Source of the DNA: Syntrophales bacterium
Lineage (GTDB): Bacteria; Desulfobacterota; Syntrophia; Syntrophales; PHBD01
Length of the DNA stretch: 64,000 nucleotides
Direction: 5' to 3'
Assembly: GCA_963668175.1 (NCBI GenBank)
Contig: OY764159.1
Location: 3,872,001-3,936,000, forward strand
The notes beneath the pieces are model-generated. The model saw only the letters and a program-made list of their open reading frames with translations, was not told the DNA's origin and did not search any database. The position numbers were made by a program, and so were the translations under genes. Positions 1-9,121 of this stretch are shown here, piece by piece; the stretch's first letter is position 1, and each line of letters begins with the position of its first letter.

Positions 1-173
1 ATTTTCACTTTGGCTTGTTCGTACTGCTCTTTGGCCTTTACAAGCAGTTCTTCCGTGGATTTGAAAATGTCCTCTCGGGTCTCTCTGCCGCTTTTCGGTG
101 CATAGAGAATCCCCAGTACGGCACCGACCAATCCTCCTACGATAAATCCCTTGACCCAATCGTTGGCTGCCAT
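1..173 (-). CDS. YtxH-like protein, 3' end runs off the window (not in ORF track)
   Basis: Manual translation from ATG at 173: MAANDWVKGFIVGGLVGAVLGILYAPKSGRETREDIFKSTEELLVKAKEQYEQAK..., typical YtxH 'GxxxGAxxGxLxAPxSGxETR' motif; SD AAAGGAGG upstream. Confidence 0.85.
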   Translation of the reverse strand, partial: MAANDWVKGFIVGGLVGAVLGILYAPKSGRETREDIFKSTEELLVKAKEQYEQAKVK

Positions 174-391
174 GATGTAATCCTCCTTTGTCGTATCGGT
201 TTCGGTCAAATCATTCATTTTATACTATCACATCGCTGGCGAAGAGACAACCGGCAGAGCGAATTCGAAAACGATCAGGACTTTGCGCAGGCTTCGTCGC
301 AAGCAATCCCCGCTGTCCCGATTGAGGGGCGTACAAGTTTTGATTGAAAAAACAGCCACAATCGCATAGATTTCTTGCCCAGGGTTCCAAT

Positions 392-1030
392 ATGAAGCGA
401 TACAACGCCATGGCAACTCTGCTTACCGTCCTCTTTACGACTTTCGTCTTTTCGTACGGCATAGTGATGGCACAGGAAAAATCCGAAGACGTAATCATAG
501 ACAGCGCCATGACTTTTGACGAAGCGGTGGCGGGAACAAATGCCCCAAAAAGCGCGCTCGCTTCCCTTTGCATCGTCAATGTTCGCTATTACGCCTTCGA
601 CGGCCGTCTCCATCAGGGCCAGTTGGTCGTTCACCGGGCGGTCCGCAACGACACCCTGGAGATATTCCGACTGATCGAACGGCTACGTTTTCCGATAGAA
701 AAAGCCGTGCCCGTCAGCAAGTACGGGTGGTCCGACGAGGCATCGATGGCCGACAACAACAGTTCGGCCTTCAACTACCGCGTCATCGAAGGCACCCGAC
801 GTCTTTCCCGGCACGCCGCGGGGAAAGCCATCGACATCAATCCCCGCCTCAATCCGGTATTTTACAGAAATGGCGCCGTTCAGCCCGAAGGGGCCGTATA
901 CGACCGGCAGCGGCCGGGAACGCTTCACGGACGGCACACAATCGTGAAGATGTTTCGGAGGCTCGGATGGGACTGGGGCGGCAGGTTCAAATCCGTGAAA
1001 GACTACCACCATTTCGAAAAGCCCGATTAA
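392..1030 (+). CDS. M15 family metallopeptidase (D-Ala-D-Ala carboxypeptidase-like), exported
   Basis: Signal peptide; NSSAFNYR, SRHAAGKAID (SxH-x6-D zinc motif), WGG...DYHHFE C-terminus; ATG at 392 preferred to TTG 344. Confidence 0.85.
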   Translation: MKRYNAMATLLTVLFTTFVFSYGIVMAQEKSEDVIIDSAMTFDEAVAGTNAPKSALASLCIVNVRYYAFDGRLHQGQLVVHRAVRNDTLEIFRLIERLRFPIEKAVPVSKYGWSDEASMADNNSSAFNYRVIEGTRRLSRHAAGKAIDINPRLNPVFYRNGAVQPEGAVYDRQRPGTLHGRHTIVKMFRRLGWDWGGRFKSVKDYHHFEKPD

Positions 1031-1225
1031 CCGTCCTAATTCTCTTCTTGCGCGATCCGACCGTCTCATCTTACCGTTCCGGCATAGCTCTTCGTTGTCT
1101 GCCTGCAACATCCGGCGCACGGAAAAACCATGTCGTCCTCCGGTTACGATCATGAATTCTGATTTCTCAGATCATCTTGAGAACCGGGTTTTCATTTCTC
1201 ATGGCGTTATCCTGCAAATTCATCC

Positions 1226-1254
1226 TTGACGGCCGGACGGCGACTCATTAAGCT
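1226..1254 (+). promoter_or_regulatory. putative sigma70 promoter
   Basis: TTGACG-N17-TAAGCT. Confidence 0.5.
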
Positions 1255-1626
1255 TTTCTTTAGGGGTCCTGTCAGTATCCGGAGTTCGCGAAATGCCGAC
1301 GAAGGGATATCCATGTTCACCATGCAATCGCGGATTCGAATGAATCGAACCGCCAGCGATCCTCCCGTTGCGGGATATCCCGTATGCCGTAGAAAGGCGG
1401 AGAGGTTGATCAGCAGCAACGGATTCATTGTAAAAGACCGGCGGGATGATCTGCTCCCGGAAGAAGGAAAAACGACTGTGGCACCCTGCCCGGACGATGC
1501 AGGGAGGCACCGGCGCCGGGTCTGCGGGATGAACTTTAAAGCGCGGCGAGCCGACAGATAACAGGAAACAGCCATCTGACGGCGGATTCATATCGTTAAC
1601 GAGCCACCTTGAAAGGAGGGCGCATC

Positions 1627-2172
1627 ATGAAACCCATTGGACCCCTCATGTGGGAACACAGGTTGATCGAGCGGCTGCTGAAATCATTCGAGGACGAAGT
1701 CAACCACATCAAAGAACAGCATAAACTGGACACCGTCTTCATCGATACGGCCGTCGACTTCATTCGCATGTATGCAGACAGGACGCATCATGGCAAGGAG
1801 GAAGACATCCTTTTCAGAGACCTGGGAAAAAAGCCGCTTGTCGCCGAACATGCCCGGATAATGGCCGAACTTGTGGAGGAGCATATCTATGCCCGGAGCC
1901 GGGTCTCCGCCCTGGTCGATGCCAAGGAGAGATATTTAAGCGGCGAGGATACCGTCACGGAGGCCGTCGCCATCCTGCTGGAGCTTGCCGAATTTTACCC
2001 CCGGCATATCGAGAAGGAAGACAAGCATTTTTTTTATCCCTGCCTGGAATATTTCACGGCGGAAGAGCAGGACCGGATGCTTCGCGAATTCTTCACATTC
2101 GACAGGAATCTGATTCACGAAAAATACAGGAAGGTCGTGGATCAGATCGAGGACCGCAAGAAGCGGTGGTGA
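1627..2172 (+). CDS. hemerythrin/HHE cation-binding domain protein
   Basis: EH...HHGKEE...EH...HIEKED motifs; SD GAAAGGAGG before ATG 1627. Confidence 0.88.
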   Translation: MKPIGPLMWEHRLIERLLKSFEDEVNHIKEQHKLDTVFIDTAVDFIRMYADRTHHGKEEDILFRDLGKKPLVAEHARIMAELVEEHIYARSRVSALVDAKERYLSGEDTVTEAVAILLELAEFYPRHIEKEDKHFFYPCLEYFTAEEQDRMLREFFTFDRNLIHEKYRKVVDQIEDRKKRW

Positions 2173-2218
2173 TAACCGTTCTTCTTGCGGACAGCCGCCT
2201 CAACCGAAAACAGTGCTT

Positions 2219-2947
2219 TCATTCGTGGTCGAAGATATAGCCGATCGAGCGCAGGCTGCGGAAGAACACGGGATTTTGCGGGTCGTCTTCAAAATACTTC
2301 CGCAGGCGCACGATGAAATTGTCTACGGTGCGCGTTGTCGTTACGCCGGAATATCCCCAGCACACCTCCAGCAGGGTCTTTCTTGATAATGGCTTGCGGC
2401 GGTTCAGAATAAAGGTCCGCAAAAGCCGCACCTCCTGATCCGTCAACTGGATGATCCCCTGCCGGCAATAAGCGGTCATCGTCTTGAAGTCGATGGTGTT
2501 TCCCCCGAACGTGTACGGCTGGCTCCCGTCCAGGTCAAGAAGATCTTCGGCCTTGACCTGTCCGCCCCAGGATGCCCGCATCAGCAGACGTTCGACCCTG
2601 AGAAGGAACTCTTCCAGGTTGAAGGGCTTGGCGAGATAGTCGTCCACTCCGTAAGAGAACCCTTTGATTTTGTCTTCCGAACCGCTCTTGGCGGACAGAA
2701 TCAGGACGGGCAACTTCTCGTCCTCCAATCGGATATGGCGCAGCACGGACAAGCCGTCCATTCCGGGGAGCATGATATCGAGCACGATAAGATCCGGATT
2801 TTCGAGCTTCCACATCTGGAGTCCCTGGGTGCCGTTTCCCGACACGGATACCTCATACCCTTGAAGAGTCAGATTTAATTTTAATCCTTCCGCTATATGG
2901 CCGTCATCCTCGATGATGAGGATGCGTTTTGCATGGACCTGCTTCAT
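2219..2947 (-). CDS. OmpR/PhoB-family DNA-binding response regulator
   Basis: Receiver (IIEDD, LDIMLPGMDG, KPF) plus winged helix (TRTVDNFIVRLRK, RSIGY). Confidence 0.92.
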   Translation of the reverse strand: MKQVHAKRILIIEDDGHIAEGLKLNLTLQGYEVSVSGNGTQGLQMWKLENPDLIVLDIMLPGMDGLSVLRHIRLEDEKLPVLILSAKSGSEDKIKGFSYGVDDYLAKPFNLEEFLLRVERLLMRASWGGQVKAEDLLDLDGSQPYTFGGNTIDFKTMTAYCRQGIIQLTDQEVRLLRTFILNRRKPLSRKTLLEVCWGYSGVTTTRTVDNFIVRLRKYFEDDPQNPVFFRSLRSIGYIFDHE

Positions 2948-3915
2948 CCCTCATCTCCTTCTTTCTTACTGTAAGACAATGCCAAAGTGAACAGAGATCC
3001 TTTTCCTTCCCCTTCGCTGTCGGCGGTGATCTTTCCCCTGTGAAGGCGGGCGATTTGCTGGACAAGGTACAGGCCGATGCCGCTTCCTCCCGACGTTGTA
3101 TTGTCGGGCCTGTGACCTTGATAAAACTTCTTGAATATACTTTTCTTTTCTACCTTGGTGAGGCCGATGCCGTTGTCCCGGAAGCGGATAAACAGGGCAT
3201 CCCTGCCCTCTTCAAAGGAGATGACCATCCGGGGCTTACCCGATGCGTTGTATTTGATGGCATTGGTCAGGATATTCATTAAAAGCATCTCGAAGAGGGA
3301 TACGATGATCGGATGGAAAATCGCCTGCCCCACAGGGGCATCCACCTGTATTTCTGAATCCCTGAAAATATGGCGGTTGGCGGCCAGAAAACGCCTGACC
3401 GTATCAATCACATCGACCAGAACGAATTCTTTTTCATAAACCCGGCTTTCTATCCGGGCGAGATTCAGCATGCTGTTGATGTTGACGGAAAGACGCTCGA
3501 CGTCCTGAAGCATAAAGCCGATATATTTGAGCAACTCCTCCCGGGGAAGCTCATGGCGGTTAAACGTTTCAAGGTAAAGTTTCAACGAAGTCACCGGCGT
3601 TTTAAGCTCATGGGTGAAATTATTGATGAACGTGTTCTGCAGGCGATAGAGTTGAAGCGTCTTTAGATTATAGATCAGGATGATCAAGATGCCCACAAGA
3701 ATGACACTGACGAGGAGAGACATGACGAGGATGACAACCCAGGTCTTGGCCTCGAAAAACTGGTTCGGATCGAGGTTATAATGACTGACAACCGATTTGA
3801 GGCCGGCACTGATTCCTATATACCAGTAAATATAAAGGAATAGTGAAATAGCCAGACAGACCGTCGAGAGCACGAAAACGAAAATGGGATGAAAAAACCA
3901 TCTTGCTTGTTTCAT
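2944..3915 (-). CDS. sensor histidine kinase with two TM helices and a short loop
   Basis: H-box THELKTP, N-box NAIKY, DNGIG, GSGIGL; overlaps the response regulator by 4 nt. Confidence 0.92.
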   Translation of the reverse strand: MKQARWFFHPIFVFVLSTVCLAISLFLYIYWYIGISAGLKSVVSHYNLDPNQFFEAKTWVVILVMSLLVSVILVGILIILIYNLKTLQLYRLQNTFINNFTHELKTPVTSLKLYLETFNRHELPREELLKYIGFMLQDVERLSVNINSMLNLARIESRVYEKEFVLVDVIDTVRRFLAANRHIFRDSEIQVDAPVGQAIFHPIIVSLFEMLLMNILTNAIKYNASGKPRMVISFEEGRDALFIRFRDNGIGLTKVEKKSIFKKFYQGHRPDNTTSGGSGIGLYLVQQIARLHRGKITADSEGEGKGSLFTLALSYSKKEGDEG

Positions 3916-3982
3916 ACGTGCAGTAACTATCCGACCCTACGTCCCATGTCAACTTCCCATTTTCAGAACCTGCGACATGCCC

Positions 3983-4000
3983 TGTAAAAATAATGTAAAA
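3983..4000. promoter_or_regulatory. direct repeat TGTAAAA-N4-TGTAAAA, candidate OmpR/CpxR-type binding site
   Basis: 11-bp period direct repeat in the divergent intergenic region next to the OmpR-family system. Confidence 0.45.
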
Positions 4001-4098
4001 CGAGACGGGATAACGTCAAAAATGGGCTTCTTTTTTATAACTTGCAATACCTTTTGACATCGGATAAAGATTTAGTAATTCTAACAGCGAGTCAGACG

Positions 4099-4434
4099 AT
4101 GATCCGGCATTATGGAGACATTATTCCCGGAAGGATACAGTTGTTCCTATCCTTTCTCATCTTGGCGATTTTCACGGGCGCCGCATATTTTGAGGACGGC
4201 GGCCTTCGCCTGACTGCGGACATTGCCGCGATCAGCAGCAATACGGACGACCCTGGAACGGACCGTTGCGCAGTAAAATTGAAACAGACGATTTCATTCT
4301 GGTCTGCTCGCTCATTGCAGGGTATATTTCCGGAAATAACCCGATTGACTTCATTTCAAGACTACAGGATTCCGAAAAACCACATCGTCTCTCCATCTCT
4401 GGGGAACAGAGCACCGCCGACAGCCTTCTCATAA
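4099..4434 (+). CDS. putative leader/arrest peptide with N-terminal hydrophobic segment and C-terminal RAPP
   Basis: MIRHYGDIIPGRIQLFLSFLILAIFTGAAYF...SLGNRAPPTAFS; start uncertain (ATG 4099 or TTG 4042). Confidence 0.6.
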   Translation: MIRHYGDIIPGRIQLFLSFLILAIFTGAAYFEDGGLRLTADIAAISSNTDDPGTDRCAVKLKQTISFWSARSLQGIFPEITRLTSFQDYRIPKNHIVSPSLGNRAPPTAFS

Positions 4435-4528
4435 TCATCCGTTTATTGTCGATCTTTCTTGAGGTCATTGTACAGACCGCGCAACGCCAAGAATACAGCG
4501 GCTGACGCGTATCGGGAGGGAGAAAACC

Positions 4529-4981
4529 ATGAAAAAAAAGATTGGTCTTGCAGCAGGATGCATGTTATTCATGATATTCATCTCGTCGGCCTCGACGTAT
4601 GGCGCGTCGAGAGAAGGCAACATCCTGACCGTTCGCTGGTGGGAGCAGCCGCAATATGTCGAGATGTTGGGGTTAACCGATCAACAAATCGACAGCATTA
4701 AAGAGAAATATCTGAGGGAATCCGGCAAGCTAAACAAGATGCGAATAGACATCAAGCGTCAGCGCAGCGCCCTTGCCAAGATGCTGCTTGAAGGTAAACG
4801 GGATGAAGTGAACACAGACATCCTGGTGGATAAACTGGCCGCCTCGATGTCGGAAGAAACCAGGACGGAGCTCTCGCTCAGGATATTGCTGATCAAGGAA
4901 TTAACGGACGAACAACGGACGAAATTCAAGGAAGCCGATAAAAGAAAATATTCTGATCGTTATAAACCTAAGAGCGATTGA
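4529..4981 (+). CDS. Spy/CpxP-like periplasmic protein (LTxxQ repeats)
   Basis: Signal peptide; LGLTDQQ and LTDEQR motifs; helical; SD GGGAGG. Confidence 0.72.
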   Translation: MKKKIGLAAGCMLFMIFISSASTYGASREGNILTVRWWEQPQYVEMLGLTDQQIDSIKEKYLRESGKLNKMRIDIKRQRSALAKMLLEGKRDEVNTDILVDKLAASMSEETRTELSLRILLIKELTDEQRTKFKEADKRKYSDRYKPKSD

Positions 4982-5040
4982 GAGGAAGAAAAATAAGTTT
5001 GGAACATGAGAAATGAATCTCTTAAAGGAGGAATAAACCT

Positions 5041-5241
5041 ATGTTTGGTAGTATAGGTATGCCCGAAATGATCATCATCCTGGTGATCGCCCTCGTTGTA
5101 TTTGGCCCGGGAAAGTTGCCGGAAATCGGCGGTGCCATCGGCAAGGGCATCAAGGATTTCAAGCGGGCGATGACCGAACCCGAGAAAAAGGCTGACGACC
5201 AGTCGGACGCGAAACGCATCAAAGACGGGCAGAATACATAA
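5041..5241 (+). CDS. tatA: twin-arginine translocase TatA/E subunit
   Basis: IGMPEMIIILVIALVVFGPGKLPEIGGAIGKGIKDFK; SD AAAGGAGGA. Confidence 0.93.
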   Translation: MFGSIGMPEMIIILVIALVVFGPGKLPEIGGAIGKGIKDFKRAMTEPEKKADDQSDAKRIKDGQNT

Positions 5242-5408
5242 TCCGGAACCGGATTATAGCGTCAAACGGTTCATTCGGCGGCACGATTTGCAGGCATGGC
5301 CGTCTCTAATCTGGCACAGAAGGGTTACGGCCGATGCGATAGCCGTATCGTAAGATATCACTGCGCAATCCGCAACCTACAGAAACTTTTCAGCGAAAGC
5401 GTACAAGC

Positions 5409-6671
5409 ATGCTGACGGAGACGACACCGCAGGTTTTTCTCTTCTTGAGCCATATCCTGCGAAAGAAGATTCTGACTCCCGACGGAACGGCGATCGGCAG
5501 GATCGACGATCTTGTGATCAATATCGCCGAGCAATACCCTGTTGTCACCGATGTCGTTGTGTCTCCGAAGGGAAAGAAGACAAAGGGCATTGTCCCATGG
5601 CATAAGTTCAGCCCCGGCGACGGTACGCTCGTTTTTAAAGAAACGTCGGTGGATACCTTTCCCGATCGGCATTTGTCGGATACGGAACTCCTGCTCAACC
5701 AGTCCATGATGGACCAGCAGATCGTGGATACAGACGGCGCGAAAGTTAGGCGTGTCAACGACTTGCAGTTCCTGAGGGCAAGGGACAATCTGTACCTCGT
5801 TCACGTGGACGTCGGGTTTCGGGGACTGATGCGGCGGGTGGGGCTTGAAAAACCCGTCGTTTCCATTTTGCGTTCCCTGTTCGATTACGACCTTCCCGAC
5901 CAGTTCATCTCCTGGAAATTCGTTCAGCCCGTTGCGCACCCCGACCTGCTGCGGTTGAACATCACCCAGAACCGTCTGGCGCAACTGCACCCGGCCGATT
6001 TGGCCGATATTATTGAAGATTTGGACATTTACCAGAGAACGGCCGTCTTTCAATCTCTCGACGTGGAGACGGCGGCGGAAACCCTGGAAGAAACGGACCC
6101 GAAAATCCAGGTGAGCTTGATCGAGGATATGGAAGCGTCCGAAGCCTCCGATATCATCGAAGAGATGTCCCTGAGCGAGGCGGCGGACCTCTTGGGAGAT
6201 CTCCCCAAGCACAAGGCGGAAGGCATCCTCAAGGAGATGGAGCATGAAGTGGCCGAAGATGTGAAAGAACTGCTTGCCCATCCCGACGAAAAGGCCGGAG
6301 GACTCATGACGACGGCCTTTCCCCATTTCCATCCGGACCTGACCGCCGCCGAAGCATTGGAGACCCTGCGGCGGGAGGCCGAAGACATGGACATCATCTA
6401 TTACGTCTATGTCATCGATCATGACGAGCATCTCCTCGGCGTCGTCAGTCTTCGGGAACTGCTTACCGCGCGGCCGGACGTCATACTCTCCGAGCTTATG
6501 GACACCAGGATCGTTTCCGTAGGTATCGACGAAGATGAGAAGAACATCGCCGATATCTTCGCCAAGTACGGCGTTATGGCCGTTCCGGTTACGGACGAGG
6601 AAAACCGCATTCAGGGAGTGATCGACTTCAAGAACCTCCTGGAGATCGTGGCGCCCCAGTTGGGAAAATAA
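5409..6671 (+). CDS. MgtE intracellular N domain plus CBS pair protein with N-terminal PRC-barrel, no membrane domain
   Basis: LHPADLADIIEDL, AGGLMTT, YYVYVID, AVPVTD; no TM segments. Confidence 0.85.
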   Translation: MLTETTPQVFLFLSHILRKKILTPDGTAIGRIDDLVINIAEQYPVVTDVVVSPKGKKTKGIVPWHKFSPGDGTLVFKETSVDTFPDRHLSDTELLLNQSMMDQQIVDTDGAKVRRVNDLQFLRARDNLYLVHVDVGFRGLMRRVGLEKPVVSILRSLFDYDLPDQFISWKFVQPVAHPDLLRLNITQNRLAQLHPADLADIIEDLDIYQRTAVFQSLDVETAAETLEETDPKIQVSLIEDMEASEASDIIEEMSLSEAADLLGDLPKHKAEGILKEMEHEVAEDVKELLAHPDEKAGGLMTTAFPHFHPDLTAAEALETLRREAEDMDIIYYVYVIDHDEHLLGVVSLRELLTARPDVILSELMDTRIVSVGIDEDEKNIADIFAKYGVMAVPVTDEENRIQGVIDFKNLLEIVAPQLGK

Positions 6672-6833
6672 ATCTTGACGATCCGACAAAAAAAGTCCAT
6701 AGGCACATCGGACGATTATCGGGATTGAACGGCGGTATCGGCCGAAGCAGGATCAAGGTTTAGCAATTCAATACACACTGTCATCATACTATTCGAGGTC
6801 TATAGCTGTTATGGATGAAGGCGGGGGCTGTCG

Positions 6834-8114
6834 ATGCCTGACCAGGTCGCGGAGAAAACAAGCACGGGCTTCGTCCGTCGCCTTTCTGAGGGGCGTTCAT
6901 GGCGGTCGTTCGTCCTTTTCTTCGCCCTCATCGGTCCCGGAATCATCACCTCGAATGTCGATAACGATGCCGGCGGCATAACCACCTATTCTCTCGCCGG
7001 AGCCAATTACGGCCTCGGCCTTCTGTGGATACTCATCCCCATCACCCTTGCCCTGATCATCATTCAGGAAATGAATGCCCGTATGGGCGTCGTTTCCGGC
7101 AAAGGTCTTTCGGACCTCATCCGCGAACGTTTCGGCGCCAAGGTGACATTCTACCTGATGGTCACGATGTTTATCGCCAATCTCGGCAATACCGTATCCG
7201 AGTTCGCCGGCGTGGCGGCCAGCCTGGAAATCTTCGGCATCAGCCGCTACGTGTCCGTGCCTCTGGCCGCAATCTTTGTCTGGTGGCTCATCGTCAAAGG
7301 AAATTATAAATCTGTCGAGAAGGCCTTTCTTTTCGCCTGCGTCTTTTACGTCGCCTATATTATCTCCGGTTTCATGGGGAGACCGAACTGGTCCGTCGTC
7401 GGGAACGCGCTTATAACACCGACGATCAAAGCAGATCCCGCTTTTCTGACGATGGCCGTGGGCGTTATCGGGACGACCATCGCCCCCTGGATGCAGTTTT
7501 TCCTACAGTCGTCGATCGTCGACAAAGGACTGAAGGCCGAGGATTATAAATATTCCAGGATGGATGTTATCTTCGGTTCGTTGACCGTCAATGTCGTCGC
7601 CTTTTTTATCATTATGATTTGCGCTGTGACGCTTTTCGAGCACGGCATCAAGATCGAGACGGCCAAGGATGCGGCCCTGGCCCTGAAGCCCCTGGCCGGC
7701 GAATATTGTTCCTGGCTTTTCGCTTTCGGACTCCTCAACGCCTCGCTTTTTGCGGCATCGATCCTGCCGCTATCCACCGCATACACCATCTGCGAGGCCT
7801 TCGGCTGGGAATCCGGCCTCAATCACCGCTTCATCGACGCGCCTCAATTCTACGGTATGTACACATTGATGATCCTTCTCGGAGCGGGGCTCATCCTCCT
7901 GCCGAACGCTCCCTTGATCTCCATCATGTTCTACTCGCAGGTCATCAACGGCCTTCTCCTGCCCTTCATACTGGTCTTTATGCTTCTGCTCATCAACGAT
8001 CGGCGGATCATGGGGGAATACGTCAACGGTCTGACCGTGAATATCCTGGCCTGGACGACGGTCATCGTCCTTATCGTACTTTCCTTAGCGATTGTAGTTA
8101 CTTCCTTCTTGTGA
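6834..8114 (+). CDS. Nramp-related divalent metal (probably Mg2+) transporter
   Basis: GPGIITSNVDNDAGGITTYS, QEMNARMG, GTTIAPWMQFF; many TM helices. Confidence 0.87.
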   Translation: MPDQVAEKTSTGFVRRLSEGRSWRSFVLFFALIGPGIITSNVDNDAGGITTYSLAGANYGLGLLWILIPITLALIIIQEMNARMGVVSGKGLSDLIRERFGAKVTFYLMVTMFIANLGNTVSEFAGVAASLEIFGISRYVSVPLAAIFVWWLIVKGNYKSVEKAFLFACVFYVAYIISGFMGRPNWSVVGNALITPTIKADPAFLTMAVGVIGTTIAPWMQFFLQSSIVDKGLKAEDYKYSRMDVIFGSLTVNVVAFFIIMICAVTLFEHGIKIETAKDAALALKPLAGEYCSWLFAFGLLNASLFAASILPLSTAYTICEAFGWESGLNHRFIDAPQFYGMYTLMILLGAGLILLPNAPLISIMFYSQVINGLLLPFILVFMLLLINDRRIMGEYVNGLTVNILAWTTVIVLIVLSLAIVVTSFL

Positions 8115-8212
8115 CGCAACGGTCCGTACAACACCTGCACCGGGTAAACCATAAAACCGGGGCTCCCGTCACCTGCGGCACGCGTGCGCAAGATAACCCG
8201 GTGAATTGGCTA

Positions 8213-8241
8213 TTGACTACCGGGACGTTTTTCAATATGCT
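8213..8241 (+). promoter_or_regulatory. putative sigma70 promoter of the enoyl-CoA hydratase gene
   Basis: TTGACT-N17-TATGCT about 50 nt upstream of the ATG. Confidence 0.5.
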
Positions 8242-8292
8242 CCTTCATCGGATTTTAACATTCCCCTATACCCCTAACGAATCGGAGCCGAC

Positions 8293-9009
8293 ATGTCCAT
8301 TCTCAGCTGGAAAAAAGAAGATTCCGTCGCCGTCGTCACCATGACCAATGGTGAAAACAGGAACAATCCCGTTTTTGTGGCGGAGGTATTGAACGCCCTC
8401 GATGAAATAGAAAAGGATGAATCGATTTCTTCAGTTATTTTAACATCTTCTGACGAAAAGAACTGGTCCCAGGGCATCGACATCCAATGGATCATGACGG
8501 CATACGGCAACAAGGATTTTCAGGCCATCAAGGACTTCATGTACGGTTTGAATAAAATTTATACAAGAATCCTCCTCTATCCGATGCCGGTGATCGCGGC
8601 ACTGAACGGACACGCGTTCGGCGCCGGCGCCATCCTCGCCTGCACCTGTGACTTCCGCTTCATGCGAAAGGACCGGGGCTTTTTCTGCTTCCCGGAAATC
8701 GACATCAATATTCCGTTCCTGCCGGGGATGCAGGCCATTATCAAGAAGGCTTTCCCTTACTACAAGCTCGAAGAAGCGGCCCTCACGGGGAAGCGTTACG
8801 GGGCGGCAGAACTGGAAGAGCATCACGTCATCACGAAAGCGAGCGACAATCTGGAGGCGCTGATAAACGACGCCCTGGCCTTTGCCAGGACATTCAACAA
8901 GAAGAGACCCATCTTCGGGGAGATGAAGCGGCGGTTCAACAAGGGGTCCATCGAAGCCATCGAAAAGGACGACCCCTACTATATAGACTCATTAAAGCTT
9001 TTCATGTAA
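8293..9009 (+). CDS. enoyl-CoA hydratase/isomerase family protein
   Basis: WSQGID, PVIAALNGHAFGAG, CDFR, PEIDI crotonase motifs. Confidence 0.88.
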   Translation: MSILSWKKEDSVAVVTMTNGENRNNPVFVAEVLNALDEIEKDESISSVILTSSDEKNWSQGIDIQWIMTAYGNKDFQAIKDFMYGLNKIYTRILLYPMPVIAALNGHAFGAGAILACTCDFRFMRKDRGFFCFPEIDINIPFLPGMQAIIKKAFPYYKLEEAALTGKRYGAAELEEHHVITKASDNLEALINDALAFARTFNKKRPIFGEMKRRFNKGSIEAIEKDDPYYIDSLKLFM

Positions 9010-9034
9010 TGTCCATGTAAGGCCTGTCGTACAT

Positions 9035-9093
9035 GCGGCGAGCCGCCGGGGCGGTTTCGGATCGACTCCGTTTTGCCGCGACGCCGCTTTTTT
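9035..9093 (+). terminator. possible intrinsic terminator
   Basis: GCGGCG...CGCCGC followed by TTTTTT downstream of the hydratase gene; inner stem is weak. Confidence 0.35.
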
Positions 9094-9121
9094 AGCGTTT
9101 CCCGTCCGGACAACTTCCTTT

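Noticed and set aside
1261..1600. RNase P RNA or tmRNA
   Set aside because: Size fits, but no GAGGAAAGTCC on either strand and no tRNA-like ends
5242..5408. M-box riboswitch or sigma54 site before the MgtE-domain gene
   Set aside because: No M-box consensus; GGCACGATTTGC has the wrong GG-GC spacing
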